From Methanothrix sp. (GTDB taxonomy: Archaea; Halobacteriota; Methanosarcinia; Methanotrichales; Methanotrichaceae): 64,000 nt of DNA. The stretch lies in NCBI GenBank assembly GCA_040770465.1, contig JAXGJB010000008.1:15275-79274 (forward strand). Reading direction: 5' to 3'. Position 1 is the stretch's first letter, and every line of letters starts with the position of its first letter. The notes under the pieces were generated by a model. That model was not told the DNA's origin. It made no database searches and saw only the letters and a program-made list of their open reading frames with translations. The translations under genes were made by a program, and so were the position numbers. Shown here one piece after another: positions 40,202 through 51,386 of this stretch.

Positions 40202-40253
40202 CGTCTCTTCCTTGTCTCTCGTCTCTTCCTTGTATCTCGTCACTTTTCCCGGA

Positions 40254-42001
<1,748 letters not shown>

Positions 42002-42051
42002 TCATCTCACCCCGGATCCATCCTGGTTCAAAGCCGCTACCACCTCGGGTC

Positions 42052-42402
42052 TCATCTCACCGTCGGCCTTCCGCCCTCTTTTCCCGCGGCGCCGAAGTGC
42101 TCTTCTATCTCCAGCTCCACCTCCAGCTTCTTCTTTTTCTGGTCTTCCTTGTAGCTGATCTCCAGGGTGATCGGCTCCTCGGGGTGGAGTTGGATCTTCT
42201 GCTGAGAGAGGCCCATCTCCACCGTCCCTCCCTTCTCCAGGGTATCCGCCAGCTCCCGGAGGAAGGCCGAGGTCTCGGCGAGGCTGAGGGGGTATTCCTC
42301 CTCGAAACTGCTCCCATCGGCCTTCTCCTCGGCCTCGGGCTTTCTCTCTTTCTCGGGTCCTTTCTCAGCTTCTCTTCCGGAGGCGTGCTCTATCATGGGC
42401 AT
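42052..42402 (-). CDS. amphi-Trp domain-like protein upstream of atpD
   Basis: LSLAETSAFLRELADTLE.G...LEISY.....LEVELE. Confidence 0.7.
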   Translation of the reverse strand: MPMIEHASGREAEKGPEKERKPEAEEKADGSSFEEEYPLSLAETSAFLRELADTLEKGGTVEMGLSQQKIQLHPEEPITLEISYKEDQKKKKLEVELEIEEHFGAAGKEGGRPTVR

Positions 42403-42619
42403 CAGAATCGCTCCTTTGATTAAACAGATATTTATTTAGAGCTGCATAATTAATAAATTTATCCCTCGATCGAGATCAGTTGAAAAAATTAATTTTCAAA
42501 AAGGGACGCCCAATCAATCTGGTTATTCCGTCCCTCACCGCTTCTCTCCAAGAATCTCATCCGATTGGGCAAAGGCGCTTGATGATGGAGGGATCGTTTG
42601 TCCGGATTCTTTCTGTCCA

Positions 42620-42772
42620 TTACTCTCTATCATTCGTGATCTTCTGCAGCTTTCTCCTCCGTCGATGGTTCATGATGTCCTTCATGATGTACTCTCGCCA
42701 GGTTCGGTCTCCTTTGGCCATTGAGAGCTGCTCGAACTCTTCATCGTCGAGGTTGATGGTGATGTATCTCAT
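42620..42772 (-). CDS. small ribbon-helix-helix-like protein (50 aa)
   Basis: GAGGT RBS; MRYITINLDDEEFEQLSMAKGDRTWREYIM...; not in ORF track. Confidence 0.6.
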   Translation of the reverse strand: MRYITINLDDEEFEQLSMAKGDRTWREYIMKDIMNHRRRRKLQKITNDRE

Positions 42773-42802
42773 TAATTTACCTCTTACTTTTGAGCGGAAA
42801 GC

Positions 42803-43600
42803 TCACCTGGTGGTGTAACCGCCGTCTATGATCAGCTCCGATCCGGTCACGAACTTAGCCTGGTCCGAGACCAGGTAGAGGACGCCGTAGGCGATGTCGT
42901 CCGGCTCGCCGATGTGGCCAATGGGGTGGATTCTGTCCAGCTCTCTTCTGAGATCCTCAGCGGGGACGTTCAGCTTCTTGGACTGATCGTTGAGGAAGTC
43001 TTCCACCATGGGGGTCCAGATGAAGCCGGGATGGACTGAGTTCACCCTGATGTTGTCTTTAGCGTAGAAGAGAGCCCCCGTCTTGGCCATGATCCTGTTG
43101 GCTGCCTTGGTGGCGTGGTAGGCGGGGACGTCCTGGGCTCCGACGATTCCGTATATCGAGGATATGTAGACGATGTTCCCTCCCCCGCTCTTCTTCATGT
43201 AGGGGACGACGTACTTGGTGCAGAGGAAGGCTCCGGTGACGTTGACGTCGAATACCTTCTCCCACTCCGCTTTCGAATATTCGTGGATGGGCTTGTTGGG
43301 GCCGGAGATCCCGGCGTTGTTCACCAGGATGTCCATCCTGCCGAACTTCTCGTAGACTGCTCGCACCACCTCTTCGACCCTCTTCTCGTCGGTCACGTCC
43401 AGCTGGTGGTACTCTGCAGATCCCCCGGCGGATTTGATCTCCTCGGCGACCCTTTCCCCCTCGTCCTCGGTCCTTCCGGTGATGATCGAGATCGCGCCCT
43501 CGTCGGCCAGGACCTTTGCGATCGCCTCGCCTATGCCATAAGTCGAGCCGGTGACTATCGCCGTCCTGCCCTCCAGCCGTCCTTTCTTGCCTTCTTTCAT
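42803..43600 (-). CDS. short-chain dehydrogenase/reductase
   Basis: TGSTYGIG, NNAG, SSIYG, YHATK, NSVHPG. Confidence 0.93.
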   Translation of the reverse strand: MKEGKKGRLEGRTAIVTGSTYGIGEAIAKVLADEGAISIITGRTEDEGERVAEEIKSAGGSAEYHQLDVTDEKRVEEVVRAVYEKFGRMDILVNNAGISGPNKPIHEYSKAEWEKVFDVNVTGAFLCTKYVVPYMKKSGGGNIVYISSIYGIVGAQDVPAYHATKAANRIMAKTGALFYAKDNIRVNSVHPGFIWTPMVEDFLNDQSKKLNVPAEDLRRELDRIHPIGHIGEPDDIAYGVLYLVSDQAKFVTGSELIIDGGYTTR

Positions 43601-43656
43601 CTCCTCCACCTCCGCTCATTTTCACGAATTTTCGGGGATTGCGACTTTGTTCATTA

Positions 43657-43887
43657 CTACTTCTTCTTCCATCTGCCGCTGTCCTCATCCTTCTCGTAAA
43701 CCTTCTTCACCGCGGCCCAGGCGACCTTGTGGGCGGTCTCCTCCCGGGAGGCTTCCCCTCGGCGATCTTCGGGATCGGCGTACTCGTCCCAGGCGTTGTT
43801 GAAGGCCTTCATGTAGATCTCCTGGGCGTGGTTGGGCAGGTTATCTCTGACGCTCTGGGGAAGCTCGTCCGGGCTTTCATAGGGCAT
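43657..43887 (-). CDS. chaB: ChaB family protein
   Basis: MPY....LP.SV...LP.HAQEIY..AFN.AW...AH.VAWAAVK..Y.K...W. Confidence 0.92.
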   Translation of the reverse strand: MPYESPDELPQSVRDNLPNHAQEIYMKAFNNAWDEYADPEDRRGEASREETAHKVAWAAVKKVYEKDEDSGRWKKK

Positions 43888-44090
43888 TTTTTCTCACCGG
43901 AATTATATTCTGATCCAAGATTATTTAAGCTTTCCCTTACCAAATAAATTCCATCCGAATTGCCGCCCCGAGGGCGAGCGTCCGATGGAAGGTACGGATC
44001 CGGGCCACAAGGCCTTTTATAGAAGATCGAGCGTGGACAAAAATTTAATCTGGGAAGTAAATATATTCGGCTACAAATGATGGTGAGGAT

Positions 44091-44720
44091 GTGTGGATGG
44101 TATCAGTACTTGATCTTGAAAGGCTCCTCCAAAATCTGAAGGATTCGGATTTGGACGAGCTGGTGCGGATAGCAAAGGAGATGGACTGGAATGCTCTGAT
44201 ATATTCGTCTGAAGAGCAGGAGGACTGGGAGAGGCTGAAGCAGAGTCTTGGGGAGGGTGATCTGAGAGAGACGATATCGCTGTTAAAGGGGATGGATCTG
44301 GAAGGGCTGATCGATAGCTCCAAAAGCTCAAGCCTGGACGAATTTAAGGAAAGGCTGAAGAGCCTCGACCTGAAGAAGGCGATGATAGCCCTCGGCCTGA
44401 TCTTGATGGCCAGGAAGGCTCTGGCAGAGGTCGGCGGCGAGGATGCCGGGAATGAGGGGGCCGAAGCGACCTCGGCTGAAGAGACCAAGATCAGGGTCGA
44501 AGCTAAAACCGTGGAGATGGAAGCGTTTCCCGAAGATGAAAATGAAAGAGAAGAAGAAGACAAAGATAATTTCGTCGGCTCCAATGGCTCTGACAAATAT
44601 CATCGGCCGGATTGCGGCCTGGCCAAGAGGATTTCGCCGAAAAACAGGGTCTGGTTTTCCAGTGTCGAGGATGCAAAGTCCCTGGGGTACAGGCCCTGCG
44701 CCCTCTGCAGCCCATCGTGA
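44091..44720 (+). CDS. hypothetical protein with C-terminal Ada-type metal-binding domain
   Basis: FVGS..SDKYHRPDC...I...N...F.S..DA...GYRPC..C. Confidence 0.75.
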   Translation: MWMVSVLDLERLLQNLKDSDLDELVRIAKEMDWNALIYSSEEQEDWERLKQSLGEGDLRETISLLKGMDLEGLIDSSKSSSLDEFKERLKSLDLKKAMIALGLILMARKALAEVGGEDAGNEGAEATSAEETKIRVEAKTVEMEAFPEDENEREEEDKDNFVGSNGSDKYHRPDCGLAKRISPKNRVWFSSVEDAKSLGYRPCALCSPS

Positions 44721-44751
44721 TGTTATTTTGAGCTGATGGAGAAACGGCTTT

Positions 44752-45402
44752 ATGTCTTGGATCAAGGAGCCTCTGATGACCCGCCCCGAAGATCGAGCGA
44801 GGGCAGCCGCCACCATCGACCCCGAGTCCCTGGATGAGGCCAGGAGAGCGATCGCCGCCAGCTGCCAATTGTTTCTCAAACGGCTCGACCGGCTCGAACG
44901 GGGCCTCGCAAACGTCCGGACGGCCCCGGACGCGGGCCGGTTCGCCAGGGCCCTCTCGATGTACCTTCTCGCCTCTCTCCCCCTGAGACCCGAGACCTGC
45001 CCCTTCTGCGTCCAGCATTCCGGCGGGAACCGCTGCCAGGGTTGCGGCTACGCCGAGACCCACGGCGGGAGGTGCGACGCCGAGACCAGCGCCTTCGGCC
45101 AGCTCATCGAATCGGTCTACGACCTCGCTGGACTGATCCATGCGATCCGGGAGGATCCGCCCGCCGAGGCCGTCGATCCCGAAGATGCGAAGGAGGGGCT
45201 GGGAGGATCCATCGCCCGGTCGCGGGAGGCGGCGGATCGGCTCCTGGCTGAATTGGCCGGGGCCGACGTCACCGGGCTGATGGTGGCGAAGAGGGGTTAC
45301 ATCGGAGCGATCCTGGAGGCGCTGCCCGCCGGGATCATCGGATCGCAGGAGGTCGATCGGGCCATCGAGGACGTCAAATCGAAGCTGGAGCGGTACTGGT
45401 GA
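44752..45402 (+). CDS. hypothetical protein with Cys cluster
   Basis: CPFC..H....CQGC.Y...H..RC; host-like codon usage. Confidence 0.7.
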   Translation: MSWIKEPLMTRPEDRARAAATIDPESLDEARRAIAASCQLFLKRLDRLERGLANVRTAPDAGRFARALSMYLLASLPLRPETCPFCVQHSGGNRCQGCGYAETHGGRCDAETSAFGQLIESVYDLAGLIHAIREDPPAEAVDPEDAKEGLGGSIARSREAADRLLAELAGADVTGLMVAKRGYIGAILEALPAGIIGSQEVDRAIEDVKSKLERYW

Positions 45403-45463
45403 GAAACACTCGCTTGAAAAGCTATAAATCAAACCTAAGTCAAGATATAGGGAAGGTGTTGTC

Positions 45464-45559
45464 ATGGACATAAAAGAGACCCTCCGCCAGTATCCCTGCA
45501 TCGTCGTCTTCAGCCTGTTCTTGCTGATCATGCTGATCGTGGTATTCTACACCAGATGA
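45464..45559 (+). CDS. 31-aa single-TM microprotein
   Basis: GGAAGGTG RBS; MDIKETLRQYPCIVVFSLFLLIMLIVVFYTR; TATAAA upstream. Confidence 0.55.
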   Translation: MDIKETLRQYPCIVVFSLFLLIMLIVVFYTR

Positions 45560-45615
45560 CTTCTACTTCTCTTTTCTGGCCTTCAGCCAGCTATTTAAGC
45601 TGAGACGTCGAATAT

Positions 45616-46083
45616 ATGACCATGAAATGCAGCGAGCCTTGCCGCGGATTCTGTCGCTGGATAGAGACGCTGCCCCATCACAAGAAGTTCGTCCTCAAAA
45701 AGGAGGAGCATCCGGAGCTTCCAGGCTGCTTCAAGGAGACGATCCTCGGCGAGTCGGTCCCCGGCTCGGTCCGCCAGCTCCGGGGGCCCAACGGGTCCCA
45801 CGTCCACGAGTTCCCCGACCGATGGGTCCTCCATCGGGACATCGTCGACGCCGAGTCCGACCCCCTGGGCCACCTCCTCAGCGACGCCCCCGAGTACCTC
45901 GTCTCGGCCCTGGCGGGGCTGGCGACGGGGCTGATAGCGAGAAAGCAGCGGGACGGCAACGGCAAGAACGCCCTCCTCGCCGGATGGTCGATGACCGCCT
46001 TCATGCTCCTTCTGGGGAAGATGGGAAAGACGATCGGTGAGGACGATTCTGAGAACGAGGTCAAAGCGCCCCGCCTCTCCTGA
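45616..46083 (+). CDS. hypothetical protein
   Basis: RQLRG....HVHEF...WV.H.D..D...DPLGHL..DAPE plus C-terminal hydrophobic helices. Confidence 0.7.
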   Translation: MTMKCSEPCRGFCRWIETLPHHKKFVLKKEEHPELPGCFKETILGESVPGSVRQLRGPNGSHVHEFPDRWVLHRDIVDAESDPLGHLLSDAPEYLVSALAGLATGLIARKQRDGNGKNALLAGWSMTAFMLLLGKMGKTIGEDDSENEVKAPRLS

Positions 46084-46209
46084 AGGCGACGGGTGACGGG
46101 CGACAGGCAACGTGCGGCGTCGGGGCTGGGCCACTTCCCCCTCTCAGGCGGTTATCGTCCCGGCTCAGTTTCGTTAATCGAATATGGAAAAGTTTGTGAG
46201 GGATAGTCG

Positions 46210-46860
46210 ATGGTGGAGGTCGCAGGTCTAGTCGCTTACTTCTTCTATGCCTTCGCCTCGGTCTTCATCATCGTGAACCCGGTGGAGGCGACGATGGTCT
46301 TCGTCTCCCTCACCCCGGACGCCACCGCCAGGGAGCGGGCCAGGATCTCCTTTCGGGCGGCTGCTGTCGCCTACGTCGTCGCCCTCCTCTTCGCCCTCAG
46401 CGGCGACATGGTCCTCCGGTTCTTCGGGGCGACCGTAGACTCCCTCCGGGTCGCCGGAGGCATCCTCCTCTTCATCATGGCGATCGAGATGCTGAAGGCG
46501 AAGCCCCGAAGGAAGGTGACGGCGGCCGAGCTGGCGGACGCCAGCGACCGGGAGGACGTCTCGGTCTTCCCCCTGGCGACGCCCCTCCTGACCGGCCCCG
46601 GCGCCATCACCACCGTCATCGTCCTGATGGGGTCGGCGGCGGGAGCCGTCGAGAAAGGGGCAGTCCTCGTAGCTTTGACGGCGACCTTCGTCGCCACCTA
46701 CCTGATCCTCAGGTCTTCGGAGTACGTCGGACGGATCCTGGGAGTGACCGGCATCCTGGTGATGACCAGGATCATGGGCCTCTTGCTCGGAGCCATCGCC
46801 GTCAACTTCGTCGCCGTCGGCGCCTGGAACATCTACTCCGCCATGGCGGGGCTTTCTTGA
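46210..46860 (+). CDS. MarC family membrane protein
   Basis: FIIVNP, RVAGGILL, PLATPLL.GPGAI, TRIMGLLL. Confidence 0.92.
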   Translation: MVEVAGLVAYFFYAFASVFIIVNPVEATMVFVSLTPDATARERARISFRAAAVAYVVALLFALSGDMVLRFFGATVDSLRVAGGILLFIMAIEMLKAKPRRKVTAAELADASDREDVSVFPLATPLLTGPGAITTVIVLMGSAAGAVEKGAVLVALTATFVATYLILRSSEYVGRILGVTGILVMTRIMGLLLGAIAVNFVAVGAWNIYSAMAGLS

Positions 46861-46889
46861 CGGCTTGATCTCGCGCCGAGCAGCAGTCC

Positions 46890-48098
46890 TTAATCCGTCG
46901 GTCTCTCATCCGTCTGGCTCTTATCCGTCGGGCTCTCGTATCGGGAAGACGGATCCGGGTCTGGGTCCTGCTCCAACGCTCTTCCGACCAGGTCCATCAG
47001 GTCGATCACCTCGACCTCGCTATCCGCATCCCTCAGGTTTCTGATGCAGAGGGGGCAGCAGGATACGATGGCATCTACCCCCGGCGGGACGTCTGAGAGC
47101 CTCCGTCTTGCGATCTCGAGGGATAGGTCCGGGTATCCGGCCCGGACCCCGCCCCCGCCGCCGCAGCACCGGGCGTCCTCCCGGCTGTTCTTCATCTCGA
47201 CGAGCCGGCAGATCGCCTTTATGACCTCCCTGGGGGGGTCGTAGATCCCGCAGTGCCGTCCCATGTGGCAGGGGTCGTGGTAGGTGACGGTCAGATCGAG
47301 CCGTTTCAGATCCAGCTCCGAGAGGCGCTCGGCGAGAAACTCGGGGACGCTCAAGACTTCGAGATCCGGCGGGTAGTATTTTTTGAGGGTGGAGTAGCAG
47401 CCGGCGCATCCCGTGATTACGGTCTTCGCCCCGATCCTCCTTATCTGGTCGAGGTTTCTGTCGACGAGCTTTCTCGCGTCCGATCCCGTCCTGATGAGGG
47501 GGGAGCCGCAACACTCTTCATCGGGAAGGAGGGTGACCCCGAACCGGCGGAGGATCTCGAAGGTCTTTTTTGCCACATCGGGGTAGCGGTAAGAGTCGAG
47601 GCAGCCGACGAAGTAAACGCTCTCGGCCCTCTCTTTGACGGCGCCGGGGTCCGGGAGCCAGCCGAGCCGGTCCCCCGGCTCGCCGAAGGTGTTGCCGCTG
47701 GCGTTCACCTTCCTCTTCAGCCCGGCCTGGGCCTCGGTCATGACGCCCTGGGAGACGAGCCTCGTTCGTGCCTTCTGGACGATCTCGGGGGGGTTTGCCC
47801 CGGCGGGGCATTTGGCGGCGCAGATCCCGCAGGTGGTGCAGGTGTTGAGGCTGTCGAGGACGTTGGAGTCGGGGGCGAGCCCTTGGCCGAGGGCCTTGAC
47901 GACCATCACCCGGCCCCTGGAGTTCCGAGACTCCCAGCCCAGGATCTCGAAGGCGGGGCAGACCGACCGGCAGGTCCCGCACCGAACGCAGAGCTCGATG
48001 GCTCTCGGGTCGATGGAGATCTCGGCCGAATCGGTCGTCGTCGTCTCGGCCTTTCTCTCGGTCTTCGTCTCCTTCTTCAAATCCTCCGACCCGGTCAT
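46890..48098 (-). CDS. (Fe-S)-binding CCG-domain oxidoreductase (GlcF/HdrD-like)
   Basis: CVRCGTCRSVCP, CTTCGICAAKCP, CCG, YHDPCH, CCGGGGG. Confidence 0.9.
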   Translation of the reverse strand: MTGSEDLKKETKTERKAETTTTDSAEISIDPRAIELCVRCGTCRSVCPAFEILGWESRNSRGRVMVVKALGQGLAPDSNVLDSLNTCTTCGICAAKCPAGANPPEIVQKARTRLVSQGVMTEAQAGLKRKVNASGNTFGEPGDRLGWLPDPGAVKERAESVYFVGCLDSYRYPDVAKKTFEILRRFGVTLLPDEECCGSPLIRTGSDARKLVDRNLDQIRRIGAKTVITGCAGCYSTLKKYYPPDLEVLSVPEFLAERLSELDLKRLDLTVTYHDPCHMGRHCGIYDPPREVIKAICRLVEMKNSREDARCCGGGGGVRAGYPDLSLEIARRRLSDVPPGVDAIVSCCPLCIRNLRDADSEVEVIDLMDLVGRALEQDPDPDPSSRYESPTDKSQTDERPTD

Positions 48099-49498
48099 CC
48101 CCTCTCGCCTCCTGGTGTTGGGATTTCGAGGCCGAGCTTTCCGGGGTTGAGGATCCCCTTCGGATCGAGGGCATCCTTTATCGCCCTCATCACCGACAGC
48201 GCCCCGCAGCCGAGCTGTTCGTTCATGTACGCCGCCCGGGCCGCCCCGATGCCGTGCTCGGAGCTGACCGTCCCCCCGAGCCGGATCGCCGCCCGGTGGA
48301 TGGCGTCGGCGGCGGCGAGGAGCCTCGTCCACTCCTCCGAGTCCAGAACGTCGATGAAGAGGGCGACGTGGAGGTTTCCGTCGCCGATGTGGCCGTACTT
48401 CATCGCCGGGAGACGGAACCTCTCGGTGATCGAGCATATCTCCCGGATCAGGGCCGGGATCTCCTTCATGGGGACGCCGACGTCCTCGCCGACGTAGATC
48501 CGGCTCTTGGTCGGGTCGAGGCGGGAGACGGCCGCTCCGACGAGGCGGCGGGCCGCCCAGATCTCCTCCATCTCGTCCTCGCCCGACGCGATCTCCACCC
48601 GCCGGGCCGTCGGCGAGCAGACTGAGGCGATCTCCCCGGCCAGCTCGGCGGTCGAATGATCGGTCCCGTCCACCTCGAATAAGATGACGTCGCCGTCAGG
48701 AGGCAGGGCGAGAGCGGGGTCGCACCGCCTTAAGACCGCAACCGTCGTCCGATCGAGGATCTCGCAGGCCGAAGGGACGATCCCGGCGGCGAAGGTCTTT
48801 GTTACCGCCCTCCCGGTAGCCTCGGCGTCGTTGAAGGAGGCGATGACGAGCCGGCGGGCCTTGGGCAGGGGCGCCACCCGGAGGACGGCTTTGGTGATGA
48901 TCCCCAGGGTTCCCTCCGAGCCGATGAAGAGGCGGGTCAGGTCGTAGCCCGCCGCGGACTTGAGGGTCCGGGAGCCGGTTCTGACGACGGAGCCGTCGGC
49001 CAGCACTACCTCCAGGTCCAGGACGTAGTTTCGGGTAGTCCCGTACTTGACGCAGCGCATCCCGGAGCCGTTGTTGGCGATGAGGCCGCCGATGGTACAG
49101 AAGGCTGAGCTTCCGGGGTCGGGCGGGAAGAAGAAGCCGGAGGGCTTGAGGGCCGCGTTCAGCCGGGCCTGGACGACCCCCGGCTCGACGACGACGGCCA
49201 GATTCGCCAAATCCATCTCGACGATCCGGTTCATCCCCGAGAGGTCGAGGACGATCCCACCCCGGACCGGGACCGCCCCGCCCGCTAGGCCCGTCCCCGC
49301 GCCCCGGGCGGTGACCGGCACGCCAAGCTCGGCTGCCAGGGCCACGACCTTCGAGACCTCCGCGGTCTTCAGGGGGCGGACTACGTAGTCCGGGGTGCCC
49401 CTCACCTGGGAGGCGTCGGAGGAGTAGCAGAGCCTCTCCGAGGGGGCGGCCGAGACCCTATCGCCGACGATCTCTCGGAGCTTATCGATCAGATCCAT
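48095..49498 (-). CDS. FAD-linked oxidase (GlcD / D-lactate dehydrogenase-like)
   Basis: RGAGTGLAGG, PPDPGS, GSEGTLGIIT, GHIGDGNLH, EHGIG, DPKGILNPGK. Confidence 0.92.
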   Translation of the reverse strand: MDLIDKLREIVGDRVSAAPSERLCYSSDASQVRGTPDYVVRPLKTAEVSKVVALAAELGVPVTARGAGTGLAGGAVPVRGGIVLDLSGMNRIVEMDLANLAVVVEPGVVQARLNAALKPSGFFFPPDPGSSAFCTIGGLIANNGSGMRCVKYGTTRNYVLDLEVVLADGSVVRTGSRTLKSAAGYDLTRLFIGSEGTLGIITKAVLRVAPLPKARRLVIASFNDAEATGRAVTKTFAAGIVPSACEILDRTTVAVLRRCDPALALPPDGDVILFEVDGTDHSTAELAGEIASVCSPTARRVEIASGEDEMEEIWAARRLVGAAVSRLDPTKSRIYVGEDVGVPMKEIPALIREICSITERFRLPAMKYGHIGDGNLHVALFIDVLDSEEWTRLLAAADAIHRAAIRLGGTVSSEHGIGAARAAYMNEQLGCGALSVMRAIKDALDPKGILNPGKLGLEIPTPGGERG

Positions 49499-49793
49499 GG
49501 AAGACCTCATTTTCAGGAGAATTATGCGCCAAAGCGGCGGGCGGAATCGGAGGAGGAATTCCGTCGGGGAGATATAATAGGGTGTCGATGAAACATCATT
49601 CTCCAAAATTCAATTTTAGATACTCAGTAAAAATCCAGTCATCCTATTGCGGCAGTGCAATCGCAGCATGTTGCAAAGTTTTTTAAACAAGAATGCTGGT
49701 AATGAAATCATCCTAATCGCAGTAGAATCCACATTTGCTATATGTTGAATATCATTTCGCAAACCACATATACTAATACGATAATTAGAACTT

Positions 49794-50117
49794 ATGAAGC
49801 AGCTTGTGGAATTGCCCATGGAAAGCGGGGGATCTGTCCTGGTCGAGGCTGAGATTCAGCCGGGTGGTATGCAAAAATCATCCGCTGCAGGAAATATATT
49901 GGCGGCCACTAACACCCTAGAGAATGCGCTGGAGACTATTAATCCAGCTGTATCTGCTGTTTGGAAAAAGATTCAAGAGGGTACCGCATCGCCTCAAGAA
50001 ATTACGGTTCAGTTTGGCCTAGGCCTTAGACTGAATACAGAAGGGGCTCTTAAGTTCTTTATATCAGGAGAAAGCAATGCGAGCCTAAACGTTAGCTTAT
50101 CTTGGAGGAAAGCCTAA
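49794..50117 (+). CDS. Trypco1 / CU044_2847-like small protein
   Basis: LVE.P...GGSVLVE..., LE.AL..I.P, PQEITVQFGL.L..EG....ISGE.NASL.V.L.W; directly upstream of a trypsin gene. Confidence 0.8.
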   Translation: MKQLVELPMESGGSVLVEAEIQPGGMQKSSAAGNILAATNTLENALETINPAVSAVWKKIQEGTASPQEITVQFGLGLRLNTEGALKFFISGESNASLNVSLSWRKA

Positions 50118-50145
50118 TCGTTGATATCGGTCTGGTGAAAGGTGA

Positions 50146-51381
50146 GTGGAAATGGCATTAGATCCTGAGAAGGCCGTTGTTAGAATATTTGATAAATATA
50201 GAAAAGTTGTTGGCTCTGGCGCTTATATTGGTCCGCGTTGGGTAGTGACATGTGCCCATGTTGTGCAGGCGGCCTGTGGAATATCAGGAGACGAGATCCC
50301 AAATCTTGAAGAAATCAAAGATAAAGAAATATGCCTGGATTTTCCCATGGTAGCACTTTCGCGAAAAATCAGCTCCAGGATTAAGATATGGGAGAAGGCA
50401 GAAGATATCGCCGGGCTGGAGCTTAAGGAAGATCCCCCAGAATCTGCCAAGACCGTGGTCCTTGTAAATCTGAAGAACCTCAAAGGCCATCCCTTCTCCG
50501 TTCTTGGATTCCCACCGGGCCAGGAGGATATGGGGATGAATGTAAAGGGTTTGCTTAGCGGAAGGCTCGCAGATGGCCGAATTCAAATGGACGGTACTAC
50601 TGATCCAACCTATTGGGTGAAGCCCGGATTCAGCGGAACGCCAGTTTGGGATGAGACGCTCAAGGAGGTTGTGGGGATCGTTGTAGCCTCCGAGAGAGAT
50701 GAGCGCCTTAAGGTGGCAGCCTTTATTCCCAATGAGGCCATAATCAAAGCGTGGCCGGATATAGAGGCTGAGTTGCCGAAAGTGATCAGAACATTGCCGG
50801 AGAATGAGTCTATCGGTGTTCCCTGCGATCTTGATTCCGTGGAGATCACTTTTTCCCGGCCGATGCAGAATGGACACAGCATAACTAGTCCAATTTTTAA
50901 GATCGCTGAGATCGTTCACCAACCGGAACCTAATACATTCATATTGAAAAGGGCTGCTGATAGAATTTTGCCACATGATACAAAAATAACCCTGGTTATA
51001 AACCCCTCTGATTACGGGCCTAACTTCAGGGACGAAAATGGCTTGCCGTCTCCTAGCGACCAAATGGTTGTTTTTAAGACTGGGCCATGCTCTGATACAT
51101 CTTATCCATCGGCGCTCGTTAATTCTATCGACAAAATTGCACTTCTAAATTCCATGACGAATGCTTTTGATAGGCAGGAAATTAATATAATCTGCAAGAT
51201 GGTTGAGGGAAATCTTAAAAAAGATGGAAAACAATTAAAGCTTAGTTTGGAGATAGTGAGCGGAAATAGTGCGCGTCTAGATACTCAAATCCTCGACCTG
51301 ATAGAATATCTGGGCAATAGGGGCTATTTAAGCTATCTTATAAAATCAATTCGTGAGAGATATCCAGATTTCAGTTGGTGA
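50146..51381 (+). CDS. trypsin-like serine protease + Ig-like domain + C-terminal effector-associated (EAD-like) domain
   Basis: Triad VTCAHVV / EDIAGLEL / PGFSGTPV; Big_5-like PKVIRTLP..ITFSRPM..FRDENG..FKTG; C-terminal AFDRQEI..IC..LIEYL..RGYL..L...IRERYP. Confidence 0.8.
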   Translation: MEMALDPEKAVVRIFDKYRKVVGSGAYIGPRWVVTCAHVVQAACGISGDEIPNLEEIKDKEICLDFPMVALSRKISSRIKIWEKAEDIAGLELKEDPPESAKTVVLVNLKNLKGHPFSVLGFPPGQEDMGMNVKGLLSGRLADGRIQMDGTTDPTYWVKPGFSGTPVWDETLKEVVGIVVASERDERLKVAAFIPNEAIIKAWPDIEAELPKVIRTLPENESIGVPCDLDSVEITFSRPMQNGHSITSPIFKIAEIVHQPEPNTFILKRAADRILPHDTKITLVINPSDYGPNFRDENGLPSPSDQMVVFKTGPCSDTSYPSALVNSIDKIALLNSMTNAFDRQEINIICKMVEGNLKKDGKQLKLSLEIVSGNSARLDTQILDLIEYLGNRGYLSYLIKSIRERYPDFSW

Positions 51382-51386
51382 ATAAT

